DNA of 63,889 nucleotides, filler included, from Phoronis australis (lineage: Eukaryota > Animalia > Phoronida): assembly GCA_002633005.1 (NCBI GenBank). It is 3 parts of 3 records of this genome, joined end to end, with 100 filler letters (N's around TTAATTAATTAA, not from the genome) between each part and the next. Parts side by side here need not be neighbours in the genome. Positions count along the whole stretch, not along the records: positions 11,566 to 42,100 come from NMRA01000333.1; 2 more parts are not named here. One strand, given 5' to 3'. Under the pieces are notes generated by a model. It ran no database searches. It was given only the letters and a program-made list of their open reading frames with translations, and was not told the DNA's origin. Below, one piece after another: positions 11,951 to 39,165 of this stretch; the stretch's first letter is position 1; every line of letters starts with the position of its first letter. The translations under genes were made by a program, and so were the position numbers.

Positions 11951-12708
11951 AATTCCATTTTTCAGGATGTAATTTTATATTTTCCACGTTATTTTTTCCT
12001 TACAAAGTAGACACAAACTGGAAAAGTCCTATGACAAGTAAAATTTAATTCTGATAAGATTATCAACAACATATTTTACATTGTTATCAGCTTACTGTAA
12101 GCTACAGGTGTCATAAGTGAAACACTGAGCATTTGCCGCAATGTTGTAATCTTCTAAAAATTAAGAAAAATGTTCATTTCAGCAATGATATTTGTCTCAA
12201 ATTGAAAAAATAATGAAATGAAAATGAAGGCTTTTACAGATAATAGATTTGCCTAACATGGAACATTTTTATCTATAAGGTTTTATTAACACTCTGATAC
12301 AATTAAGGACAACATTGAGACACAATGTAACCCAGGAGAAAAACGAGAGATACAACAAGGACTCAAGATAAACACCAAAGTACAACGGTACCTCAAGGGA
12401 AAATGCAGAGACACAACACGTCTTATAACAAATATAGATACACAATGAAGAAGAAAAAAACACTGAAACACAGCAGTTGTGGTTCAGGGGATAACACTCT
12501 CCATAATAGTGTGACAGAAGATCAAGTAGTGGCCATGAGAAAAGACTGAAACACAGCACTTGTGGTTCAGGGGATAACACTCTCCATAGTACTGTGACAG
12601 GAGACCAAGTAGTGGCAATGAGATAATGTTGAAACACAGTTATAGTGAATATACAGGAGAAAATGGGACTGAACTGTTGAAGATAACAAGAAAGAGGACA
12701 GCTCTTAC

Positions 12709-26846
<14,138 letters not shown>

Positions 26847-27858
26847 CTAGAAAATTGATATCGCAATGAAAAATGGTGCTTNNNNNNNNNNNNNNNNNNN
26901 NNNNNNNNNNNNNNNNNNNNNNNNNNNNNNNNNNNNNNNNNNNNNNNNNNNNNNNNNNNNNNNNNNNNNNNNNNNNNNNNNNNNNNNNNNNNNNNNNNNN
27001 NNNNNNNNNNNNNNNNNNNNNNNNNNNNNNNNNNNNNNNNNNNNNNNNNNNNNNNNNNNNNNNNNNNNNNNNNNNNNNNNNNNNNNNNNNNNNNNNNNNN
27101 NNNNNNNNNNNNNNNNNNNNNNNNNNNNNNNNNNNNNNNNNNNNNNNNNNNNNNNNNNNNNNNNNNNNNNNNNNNNNNNNNNNNNNNNNNNNNNNNNNNN
27201 NNNNNNNNNNNNNNNNNNNNNNNNNNNNNNNNNNNNNNNNNNNNNNNNNNNNNNNNNNNNNNNNNNNNNNNNNNNNNNNNNNNNNNNNNNNNNNNNNNNN
27301 NNNNNNNNNNNNNNNNNNNNNNNNNNNNNNNNNNNNNNNNNNNNNNNNNNNNNNNNNNNNNNNNNNNNNNNNNNNNNNNNNNNNNNNNNNNNNNNNNNNN
27401 NNNNNNNNNNNNNNNNNNNNNNNNNNNNNNNNNNNNNNNNNNNNNNNNNNNNNNNNNNNNNNNNNNNNNNNNNNNNNNNNNNNNNNNNNNNNNNNNNNNN
27501 NNNNNNNNNNNNNNNNNNNNNNAAGGATGGTTATTAGAGCATTTACCGAGGTCTGCTTGGCCCGCATTTGAACACAGGTGTCGCGCAAGTCTCCTTGCGG
27601 TGCGCCATGTACAAGTATTTCGGTAAGAATCGCATGAGATCACTGCTTTTGAAACACGTAAGAAATTCAGATGTATGTGTGACTGCAACTACATGTAGTA
27701 GAGGAAAGGGTTTAACAGAAAGCTGTGTCATCAATCACTGATACACGCTGTACGTGATGTTAGAACCATTTATACCACAATATTAGCCTCGAATGGGAGA
27801 TACAACCGTGTAATAACCCATAAACTTATCTCACTAGTGACATAACATTTTGGCGGGA

Positions 27859-27929
27859 AACCGAGGCCGGATTCGAAGCCGGGCCTCAAGAGTTTCTAGT
27901 CGCCGACTTTACCACTACACCACTCAGCG
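27859..27929 (-). pseudogene. tRNA-derived element (SINE head or tRNA pseudogene)
   Basis: A-box TGGTGTAGTGG and B-box-like GGCTTCGAATCC at tRNA spacing. The anticodon stem does not pair. Confidence 0.55.
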
Positions 27930-28097
27930 ACTGACTTCATCGAACGTGAAAATAGATTACTAAATGAGCAGGCGCAACAATTGCATGTTCAGCAAAGGGC
28001 ACTGCACCGACATTTATACGCTATGAAAAATAAGACGCATACCTTCCATAAAAACGATGTTTTAATTCAATGAAAAATTTCTCTCGTGTTCTCTCAC

Positions 28098-28163
28098 TTG
28101 TAAATCACCGATCTCCAATTTAAATGCGGGTACCGTGTCGTCGGGATCCTTTGACTTGAGCAT
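28098..28163 (-). CDS. Candidate first coding exon of the ISWI gene (MLKSKDPDDTVPAFKLEIGDLQ)
   Basis: ATG with A at -3, 22 open codons, and a phase-0 donor gtgaga compatible with the phase-0 acceptor at 26846. No homology support; the true exon may lie in the N-gap. Confidence 0.35.
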
Positions 28164-28500
28164 TATAGTCAGTTACTAGTGGTAACCTACTTTAGCAGAA
28201 GATATTTTCCCGGTCGAAGCTTAGCGTGATAAAATGTGTAGTAAGCTATAATAGTTGCAAAACCTTAATTTAAAGATTCACTTTATTTCTATTTTGTTTT
28301 ATTTTTTAATTGGTTTTGAGTAAAAGCATTATTTGACAAAAATAGCTAGGCTTTTCTTAAAAGGTCACAACCTCCGACCCCGACCCTATGACATAGAGAG
28401 TAGTTACAAAGCCGAGGCAAGTCGAGACAGGTAAATTGATTCATTGTAATGTTTCTCGTTCAGTATGTGGTATAAAAAGATTTTTACATGTTCTCAGTCC

Positions 28501-28613
28501 TTATCCCCTTATCTAGAGCCCTCGTGGATTTTGTAGAATTATCACCCTCGGGGCTAAGGTGACTCGGGCGATAATTCTCCAAAATCCACTCGGGCTCTTG
28601 ATTACGGGGGATA
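28501..28613. repeat. Long imperfect inverted repeat (hairpin MITE-like)
   Basis: TTATCCCC…AGAGCCC…GTGGATTTTG.AGAATTATC pairs with GATAATTCT.CAAAATCCAC…GGGCTCT…GGGGATAA. Confidence 0.8.
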
Positions 28614-31600
28614 ACGACTCCGCCATATATATTTACTTATGTGAGTAACGTAATGGAAATAACGGCGTACTGCGTTCAGGTGTGGACTTTTTGTAAAACG
28701 TCTTGTCTACCATCTTACGAGGGAAAGTTTTAAATTTCTGACCAATCACGTGTTACACATTCCATCACATGTAACGCACCAGGACGAACAGAACCTAGCC
28801 ACAAATCGCGCCATAGTGTCCATTATACCCAGTATGACCGTTTTGAACCATTCTCTCCGTTTAGATCGATATGTCTATTTTTACATTTTCTTCTACATAC
28901 TGTAAAGATAGCATGCATTTCACGAAAGTGGTAAAATTACAGTTGAATGCTGAAGTGGCACATTCACCAGACAAATAAATCCTAATGGATGAAAGACTAC
29001 ATTGCTTCCTAGAATGAATTCCGCTAATGGACACTCTTCTATTGCAACCAATTTCTTCCCTCGAATGATGTTGATAGTAGGCTACCATGCTTTAGTTAGT
29101 GGCTTCAGCTACTACACCAACCCCTAGCATCGCCTGTTTTCTGACGTGATGCGTCTCCTACGTGCTGTCGATATGTCCGTGGTCAGAATGCCCGACAAGA
29201 TGTCATAGCTTCGATTATACACAATAGGTGGGAAAGCCCAAGTGAAGCCTATCTGATTAGGCGGGAAATGTAGTGATCTTTGAGAATGTATTCCCTGACT
29301 TATGTATAAGTCTAAATTCACGGTTTCAACATTTATAGCTTCCCAAATATGAAAAAATAGATTAAGACAATTTTGTGGATTTAATGGGAAGAGATTACCA
29401 CGCATAGTAATCAATAATTCCTCGAAGTGTTTTAAGTAAATGAATTCAAAATTGGCCTCTGCTCCGTTCTACCCCGGAACGGAAGTCCCGCCATTTTCAG
29501 AGTCCGAATACAAAGAGTAAATTGTAAATTAGCAAACGTCTCGATACTCAACTTAAATGTATGTAATCTAGAGGGTGGAAAGAGCTTTTGGATTAACGGG
29601 AGTTTTTTAAATTCGATTTATGAATTTCTGTAACAGTTGGTTCTCCAAAACTGTCTGCCGGTAGCTTTTAGGAAATGAGATAAAAGACAACACGATAATG
29701 TACTGCATGAACCGTAGAGAGGTTTGCAGCTTCGTTTGAAGGACAAGGCTCATGTTCCTAACAGGCGAACATTTGTGAAAGATTGTCTTTAAAAACGTGT
29801 TATTGTACATGTACACTTGAACACGAATTATCGGTAAATTCTAGCCATGGAAAATCTTCTCTACTAAAAGATGGTTCGTACAAGTGTCCTGCACAAACTA
29901 ATGAAGTAGATCGAGACGCTTTGAGCTGACGTCACAAAATGGAAAGAAGGCAATACAAAGCAAATAAATATATCTGTTTTACAGATAAAATGTATTAAGT
30001 CACCCATTTAACGCCCATAATGAAGAGTATAACGATAATTGATTAGAGTAATAAATCGAATCTGATGACAGAAAAAGAATGACCTCTAAACGCCTTAATA
30101 GCATCAATGGGATTACACATCCTGAAATTGCCAATAGTGTTTGATCACTATTAATTACATGCTACTGATTGTATTCCTGAGACAAAAATTCAGCTGTCAT
30201 CAAATCAAGCATCGACATGCGATGTTTACAATAAACCTGGAAGTAACTGTCACGTGACATTTGCCTATAACAACTGTAACTCGACATTGTCGGTTCTCAT
30301 GGTTTAAAGCAGTAGGTCAACACTGAGCCTAAACCCGTACCTTGTTTGAAGGTAGGTATTTACAGGACCACCGGTAAAGGTGTGAATCCGGCCAGGATTG
30401 CATAATTATTCAAGTCAAAGCTTTTTCCGTGCCAATTATGTGGCCCAAATGAACCACTGTGCAGTACCGGGTACTTAAAATTCAGCCACAAACAAAGTCG
30501 ATGGTAAATACACAAAAGCAAGAAGCTCTACACAACTCGTTTTTTTTCTACAGTATTCGTATGCATATCTGCCATACTTTAAAAATTGGCTCAAATTAAA
30601 ATATGGGAGTACGTTCATTACACAAATGCTAATACATGTATTTACCTCAAAACAAATGGATTCGCAATAAACACTCTTTTAACCTAACATTTTAAGGAAC
30701 GAAAATGTTTATGACCAATGTTGCTCACTTATCAAGTGATATTTTAATGTTATGGCATTTGTAAACATGGGGGTACGTGCATTACACTACATCATCGTTT
30801 CTGCATCACATGGTAACAAAGTGTTGTATGGCCATTTATTTTTCTTTGGTGATAATAAGCACCATGTTGTTGTTTAAAAGGCAATAATTTCATTTGTAAT
30901 GACCATTTGTGTTACTGAATTCCACATGGGGGGTACGTACTCTACATTTTGTTAGCCTTTTTGGCCTATTTTCATCATAGAAGAACTGATTCAATATCCA
31001 AACTTTTGGTTTGTTTAGATATTGAATAAATTCCTGTGATGCCTAGGCTGACATGATTTGCAGTTCTTTTTGTTACAGAGTGTGAACTTTAGTTTTTAAC
31101 CTTCTTTACAGTAAGTGAGGGTGAGAAACACAGAATTTACAAATTTCGTAACGAACGCCTGTTTTATGATGAGCCCCAACATTTCTCAATGATTAAGCAC
31201 AACTTCATCTACATGTACATGTAATTCACTCTGAAAGTGATTCAAGTTATTCCCAGTTACATCTAAGCAATTGCTTGCTTGATAAAATAAATTTCTTTTC
31301 TACTCTTGACAGTTGAAAATTGTTATTTTTAAAATGGCCACTCGTAACGCTAAAAATGCATGAAATTCATAGGCAAAAACATGCATAAATTTCTCAAACA
31401 TTGTCCGATTTTGATGATTCTTTTTTTTAATTTGCACAACTAAATAACTCTTTGCATAATGAGATTCAGTTGGCATTTATAAAGTGGCCAAAAATATTAT
31501 TTTAGACCGTAACACAGTCAAGTCTCGAATATGGACCTTGATTGTGATTTGGCCGAATATTTTAGAGACAGACCTGTAAATTTATATGAAAAAAATTCCA

Positions 31601-31705
31601 AATTCCCAAGTAATTTTGCCTGCTCCGGTACAAACGTTGCATACACAAATCTACGTATAAACGTATCAAATTACTCCATACTGTGACTAAAATGAATCCT
31701 ATCCA

Positions 31706-31872
31706 CAGGCGGATCCATTTTCTTAGAGTTAGGGGGTAAGGGCAGAGGTTTAGCCAGGATTTTTCCGTTCAGACATTCGCACCCCTCAAACCCCAAAGAG
31801 AATGTGGGAGAATTTTAGGGTGGACCATGGCCCCCTTGCCCTTCCCCCCAACACGCCCTAAGTCCGCCACTG
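31706..31872. mobile_element. Short MITE with GGCGGAT / TCCGCCACTG-type termini
   Basis: Starts CAGGCGGATCC and ends AAGTCCGCCACTG, the same terminus family as 48167-49374. Confidence 0.45.
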
Positions 31873-34800
31873 CCACCCTCAGAACATTAGTAAGCGAAGA
31901 AGAGAAATATCCGTTTGATTTTGCTGGTCAACTTATCCGAAATTGAACGGTTTAAAATCGCTGGCGCCATCTTGAGGGTAGAAAAAAATGGTGGGGAATT
32001 GTTTGGCTCAACTTTCATGTGTTGATCAACTAGTGCATGTTTTCATAATCGTCTCTCAGCTAATTTGAGGTACTTTTGTTACGTAAAAAGGAATTTCGCG
32101 ATTAAAGCCATAGTACTTATTTATGGTACATGTACATGTATTTTGGTCTCACAACGATGTGGACATGAAAATCGTTGTCAGGATTGTCTCTGCTAATCGA
32201 TTTGTTGCCAGTAAACTGCGTTAGTTAAATGTGTTATTAACTTACTCAGAGTTCTCTCACAGGAAGAACTAAAAGTGCTCGTGGCATGTCCTCGCCGACA
32301 GAGGTCGCAAACACGAACGTTCGTAGCACAGACTCGACAAAGCGTGTCTTGACATCGGCCCACCACGACCGGTATGGTAGCCAGAAGAACTGCAGATGTA
32401 TGATCATCGGATTACAATAACGTACATTGACCGACAACTAAAGTCAATTTATTAAGTTAGATTGTTTTGCTTATAATGCACCCTCTTACCTTTTTTGTTA
32501 CCACGGAACTGTATGAATGGAATGCCAACTTCAATCACGCGCTGCTGAGGTTGCGACGCGCATGCGTGGGACCCATTTGCATTCATTTTTCAGACCGACT
32601 AATATGAAATACAAATGAACTGGGCTTCTAGGGTTGAATTTTTTTGTCATCATAAACGATGTAAATTTAGAGCTATTGTCCCCGAAAATAAATTCCATCT
32701 AGGGTTTTGGAATATTTTGCCATCTAATGGCCCCAACTATTGTCACACGGAGGATCATCGGTTTGCGATTCGGTGATTCGGGAACCATTTTGTTTCTAGT
32801 AATAATACATAACTAGTAGGCGTGACTTAAAGTCATCGAAAATTAACAATTTCGGATTCCGATTGGTGGATATTTTGCTTGGCAGAGTCCAAAAATTCGG
32901 CACATCCTTTCTGGAATGAAAACTTTGCATCTTCTCGTGGTTGAACGATTTGTGTGATATATCTTTAAATCTTGGTTGTATTGACTTAGTGTAAAGTCAG
33001 TACACCTATAATTTTGAGTCTTGTTTTGCGTCTAAGAAAATTTTACATTTACAAACAAAAGCTAAATAACTCCAGACCTTGTTTCGAAAATTTCAAAAGG
33101 AAAGTAAGAGATTTACGACAGCGAAGAAATATTTATTTTGAACCTTTCCGAAATTTTAGAAATAGGAAATACTGTCCGATCGAAATTAGAGAAGTCTGAG
33201 AAAAACGGCAAATATCGATGGTGTCCGAAATCTTAGATTTTATGCGGTTGCCTTCAAGGTTTCGATTTGCAATATTCGACAGTTTGAACCTTCCCTACTC
33301 TAACTTTGAAACGCTTGTTTTCCGTCAGATTTGTGTAGATCATATACCCCTGTTATTTTATTATTTATGTAATTTTCGTTTTTATGGGTCTCCCCGGTTG
33401 AACGCAAGTTTGCGTGGCTGAGTGAATAACTAAAATTGCTTTGTCGTTGTTACGTTCTCTTATCAATACATGTAAGTCACTAAACTGAAAAAAACATTCT
33501 CAACTAATTACTCTATTTATGCGTGGGTGAAATTTACAAAAAAATGCTTTTCTGGTGCATGTACATGTAGATAAAACATAAATTTGCATCTAGTGCGTAG
33601 CTTTGAAATGTACTGTGTATAGATAATTACATTGCTTGCAGGTTAGGACTCCTCCCAGAAATTTAGGAATAAGCTGATTACTTTACGAAGTAAACATTCT
33701 TGTTACTTGTATATGTGCCACCGTAAACTACAAATATCACAACACAATTTTCATAGCAGAGAAACAGTTTGGAACACCCGGAGCATTGTTATCGACATTT
33801 GAGAATGAAAAAGGAAAACCTCGATTGAAATGCGTTACATGCGAATATAAAGCGGGACATCTGGGTCTTTGCCAAAACGCAACGTTTGAAATTCTCGCCG
33901 AAACACACAAATTGTCCAGACAACGTTTTTGTGTGTAACGGTAGACAACCGGTGCCGTAATACACAAAATCGCTAAACAGCGTCCAACAGTAAAATAGGG
34001 ACACATCTCCAACGTAATCACTATGACATACATGTAGGATAATGCATCAGTTTCGCCCAGTGCCAAAAGGCGAGACAGGTGTGTGATGGCGGGAAATATT
34101 GGAAAAGCGAGACAGTTTGCAAGTAGGCTTTCGGTAAACAAAGTATAGAATTCATTTAATAACTTATCTGTTCACTTTTTAATCTTATTTCTTGAGTACA
34201 GGAAAATATTACAGAAGGCGTCACTGCTCAGAAATGGAATTATTATTATTTAGTGGGCAACAGGTAAACTTTTCCCAAATGAATCATTTTATAAACAACA
34301 CAGGGCAGTATTATGCATGCATAAACATGGGCGTCACGCCATGTGGGGCTGGAGGGCTATAACCCCCCCCCCCATTTATTTCAGTGCTGCGCCACCCATG
34401 GTCTCATAGGCGACGCACCATAGAGGGATGGAGGCCTATAGCCCCCCATTTATTTATAGGCAAAGTCAAGTATGTAGTTAACTGAACAAATACATGTAAA
34501 TATATCAGGGGTTTGACAGAAGTTACGTAAAGACACGTATTAGCCTACTTTTCATTTGTAATTGCCGAACGAACACCTAGAAACCAAGCGTCATTTATTT
34601 CCGTAAAACGCTGACAGATGGTTATATCAGCCAAAATTGTCTTGAAAAACCTCTAACATGTAGTTTGGTAGGTTGTCGACAGTGGCTGTAGGTGTGCGTT
34701 CACCCTCTAAATCAGTGTTTATACAGCAAACTGTACATGTATGAACCAAAAAGGTCAAATTGAAAATGAAGCAATAAAATTAGGCTTTACTTGATGACTA

Positions 34801-35339
34801 CGGCAGTCGATCAAATCTCAGTGTAGTGGACAATTGGCAATTCACAGTGCAAACTGTCGCAGATAGTGCGAGACCCAAAATTGTCTTTTTGAAAAACCTC
34901 TAATAAGCAGTTTGGTAGGTTCTCGAAAGTGGCTGCAGATTTTTGCTCAACATCTAAATTACGTTAGAGTTTGCATAATAATCGATCGTGCAAGACGGAT
35001 AAAATAAAAACGAAGCAATAAATTTAGGCTTCATCTGATAACTAACTACAACACTCGATCAAGACTCAGTGTAACTGACAAACGGAAGTTCACAGTGAAA
35101 ACTGTTGTAGATAGTTACTTGAAATAACGGAGTAGCAGGCTCTAACACGTGAATACATGGGTCACGTGCGGGAGTTGGCATTCGACGCCGACAGTTGTGG
35201 GCTCTTGCGCAAACCTAGAATGACCAAGGATTATAGGAGATGTGCAATCATTTTAATCCTTTTTGCATCGCTTACGTGCATGAATTTAAAGTCAAGAAGG
35301 CATTTCGTGAACCTAGACATGTTTTTACCTTTAAACTTT

Positions 35340-37533
35340 TTGGAAATTGTAATCAAGATGCAAAGGAAATAAAAGACTACCGGGCAATTTTCCTTGTTGA
35401 TGTGGAATGCAAACATTTCGTTGTGGTGATTGCATCACCAGTTGTCAAGTACGCCATGCGGAATGGAAGTATCGACCCCACAGTGCAGAAAGGTAGTGTA
35501 CCAGGACAGTCGAGTTGCCTGAATCATGATGTTCTAATAGAGCATATCGGCGATGCAAAGGAAAACAAGTCGGACTTGGCAGTTGTGTGGTTAGATTAAG
35601 AGAATGCTTATGGTTCCATGCCACATTCGATGATTAGGAAGGCTATGGCGACTTATCATTTTCTAGGAAGAGTTCAAAGGGTCATCAAAAACTATTTCAA
35701 CAGTATACAGATGCGATTTTCCACGAAGGAGCTCACAGAGATTTCAAGCCTTTGGCAAAATGATCTTGACCGGGTGCACCATTTCAGTCACCTTGTTTGT
35801 TCTTGGGATGAACCTCATTATTCGTCAAGCCAGCAAAGAGTGCAGGGGAAACGGCAGAGGTCATCCTCAGTGTTGTGCATTCGTTGATGACCTAACAGTT
35901 ACCACATCAACAGGGGTAGGAGCAGGATGGGTGTTGAAGAAACTAGAAGAGTTAATTGTTTGGGGCAGGATGAATTTCAAGATGCGAGGAGGTTCCATCA
36001 TTGGGCGAGAAGTAGGTGATTGTCTAGGCAATGTATAGGACAGCGGTATAAGCGACATCGCAAACGCAACGGACACAGTGGGCCTGTTCAGGCTTTCTGA
36101 AGAAGATCAATGGGTTTAATTTGCCAGGAAAATTCAAGCTGTGGTGTTATGGGTTCGGTTATTTGCCCAAGATTCCATGACCACTATCGATTTACGGCAT
36201 TCCGATCTCGACAGTCAAATCTATGAAGCGGGGGGCAAACCAGCTTATCAGGAATTTGTTGGGGGTACCAGCGAGCTTCACGTGAGTGGGATTACATAGT
36301 AGGACTGCAACAATATCCCTTCCACTAATATTTCTCGTTGAAGACTGTAAGGTGTCAAAAGCAATGGAAGTTTTCACAATCCGAGTTTCCTGAGACAGAT
36401 TTGTCAGCTTATCAAAACTTCAGGTATAAGCAAGCAGAGAGTGGAATCCCCAAGTGGCTGTGAACAGAGCAAAGAGCCGCCTCTGCCATAAGGACATAGT
36501 TGGTCCAGTCTTTTGTGGTAGACAGGGATGGGTTGGAACCAACCACTAGATGGATGGCGACAAATGGGAACAAGGGTAGAGATAAGGTATTCAAGGAGGT
36601 TTGTGAGGAGGAAGGAGAGAAGCGTGAAACTCCCGCAGTTTGTATGAAGGAACACTGCAAATGGCCCACATGGGAAGAAGTGCTGGGGAAGAGAATCACA
36701 GCAAAGGACCTTTTCCACATGGAGAAGCACAGGGTGCGGTTTTTATTACGCTCAGTGTATGACACCTTACCAACAACGAGGAGTAACTTAAAGCTAATGG
36801 GAGAAGAACGACAACGACAGATGAAGCCGTTGTGGGGACGTGGAATCCCTATAACATATCCTGTCCAGTTCCAGGGTGTCCTTGGCAGAGGGGAATTACA
36901 CTTGGCGACACAACAAGGTGCTTACGTAAAATACCCACACATTAGACCTGGAGATAAAAACCAAGCGGAAAGTAATGAAGATGATTATCGATTTTACGAT
37001 AGCTGGCTGCAAGAGGGGTATCAGTAACGCAGGAGGGATTTTATCCCAGGTGGCAAATGATTGGTGCATGGAGGCAGACCCGAGGAAACAAAGTATACTC
37101 CCTTCCCATGCTGCTTCGACGTCTTCAAGACTTGACATTATTTTGTGGTCAGACACTGCAAAGGTGGTAGTCTTGATGGAAGTAACTGTGCCCTGGTAAA
37201 CCAGGATACAGGAAGACCAGGAGAGGGAAGCTTTAAAATAAAGCGAGCTGAGCCATGAGTGTTTGAGAAATGGGTGGAGGTTGAGGCAGGAGATAGGGGT
37301 TTTGTGGTATCAAGCATGTGGAGAATGTCTAGGATGCTGCGAAGTCCAGTCAATTCAAAGAAGTCTATGATGAAGTCGGTGGTAGCTGCATCAGAATCAG
37401 CATCATCATTGTTGTGGTTACAGAAGACCAAACAGTGGCAGAATCCCCGTCAAACCGGAGCCTGATCAACTTCGGGGGCCTAGCATTGGAGCGTTTTCAA
37501 GTTCAAGGTCGAAAATTGCTGTGAAGACGTCAT
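35340..37533 (+). mobile_element. Degenerate, 5'-truncated non-LTR retrotransposon (RT plus restriction-like endonuclease), HERO-like clade
   Basis: Collinear fragments across frameshifts and stops: YRAIFLVDVECK, VQKGSVPGQSSCLNH, LAVVWLD*ENAYGSMPH, GCTISVTLFVLGMN, AFVDDL (YADD equivalent), FLLRSVYDTLPT, RLDIILWS…LMEVTVPW (RLE) and AASESASSLLW. Confidence 0.88.
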
Positions 37534-38954
37534 CTTTTAAGTTATGTTCGAGAACAGATTTAGCTTAGTATCCTTTGTGACAACCTCGGATACTTCTTCT
37601 AATTTGCACAAAATTCAATGTGACACAACATTAACCTCTTAAAAAGTACTTTGGAACTAGAAATGGTTCACTGAAATTATTTTTAGTGTACGTTTTTGTT
37701 AGTAGTCCATTTCCACGTTGCCCTTTTTAAAGAGATTTGCTGGATTTTGATTTTGACAACGTTTGGATCAGGTAGTAATGACTGGCAATAATTTTGTACA
37801 GGATTTATTCATATTGCACAGACGATAATCATTTTGACTTTAACTTAGTATTGCACTGGATCACAAATCTACAAAGAACCTCATTAGAACTAAAATTCCT
37901 AGGTTGGCATATAGAGCCTATATGAGACGTCTGCAAGTCTTCATTCCAAGCATGCGCAAGGGGAACAATGCCAATAGCAGAAAAACAAAATATTCATAAT
38001 TTTTGTCGGTACATGTACCTTTTTCTTTAACTGGTTCGATTTGTACAATAAATTGCAAATCTCTTTACGCGACTACATTTCAACGTTCCACCCAAGAAGC
38101 AAACGTTTCACAAAGACCGTTTAGATAAGTCTTGACTTGTTCCTTTCAGAATTGAGAAGTGGTTTCTGCATTAACATAGACATGCTTGCTACATTAAATG
38201 ACAGGTCGTGACAAACCACCTGATAGCCCCGAAATCACCTCCAATTGGACAAAGGCACAATTTGAGACGAATTTCATAACGGTAAACTCATTCAATCAAA
38301 AACTAGTTTTTTGAGATGGAACGAAGGCTTACAGCCTGTTTCTTAAAAATCACGAAGTCCGGATCTGCCGATTTATATGAGATATTTGCAAACAACAAAC
38401 TAGACCTTCCTACTTCTGATCTGACAGTTATGTAAACAGCTATCAAGTGACATAATGCAGCTGGTCTGACCAATACGTGAACAGCTACATGTATTTTATG
38501 CTTTAGTACATACTGCGATCTCCTGCCTACGCTAAGTATCAAACTGTTGTATAAACCGATTAATGATTGAATGAGGGAATTAGTGCTTTGTGCTTGGGGG
38601 GTGTATCTTCTATACAAGTAAGCGTAATTAGACTGAGGCAAGTTCAATAAATGTTTGTTGGTTGATGACAGCATTTTTTTTTCTTGCGCTTTCTCTCTGC
38701 TTCATAGGAAATACAATTTGCAAAACAATCATTAGCACGTCATAGCTACGCAATAACCCATACACGATCTCTGATGAAATACCGTTGTTAGGTATTTTGT
38801 CTAGGGGCTTTGCATTTTGCTGATTTGAAATAAACTTATTCTTTCCAAAATTTAAAGACTTGTTTCTGGTTGTTGGAGTTCCAGTAATACGATTCAACGC
38901 CAGTTTCGATCTAATGAACAAACTAACAAAAGGATCTGTTGTATATGTTGGATG

Positions 38955-39165
38955 GCCTATGTTCATTGGGTAGTTAGGAGTGGTATGTGAGTCATGTGAC
39001 TTGGATTGCCTGTGTTCATTGGGTGGTTGGGAGTGGTGCGTGAGTCATGTGACTTGTTTGGCTTATGTTCATTGGGTAGCTGGGAGTGGTACGTGAATCA
39101 TGTGACTTAGACTGCCTGTGTTAAATGAGTAGGCCAAGCTGAGAGTGGTGCGTAAGTCATGTAAT
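38955..39165. repeat. About 52-bp x4 diverged tandem repeat
   Basis: TGTTCATTGGGT…GAGTGGT…GTGAGTCATGTGACTT recurs four times. Confidence 0.85.

Noticed and set aside
27859-27929. Functional tRNA-Ser(AGA) gene
   Set aside because: The anticodon stem is unpaired, the base before TTCGA is C where G is expected, and there is no long variable arm. Kept only as a tRNA-derived element.
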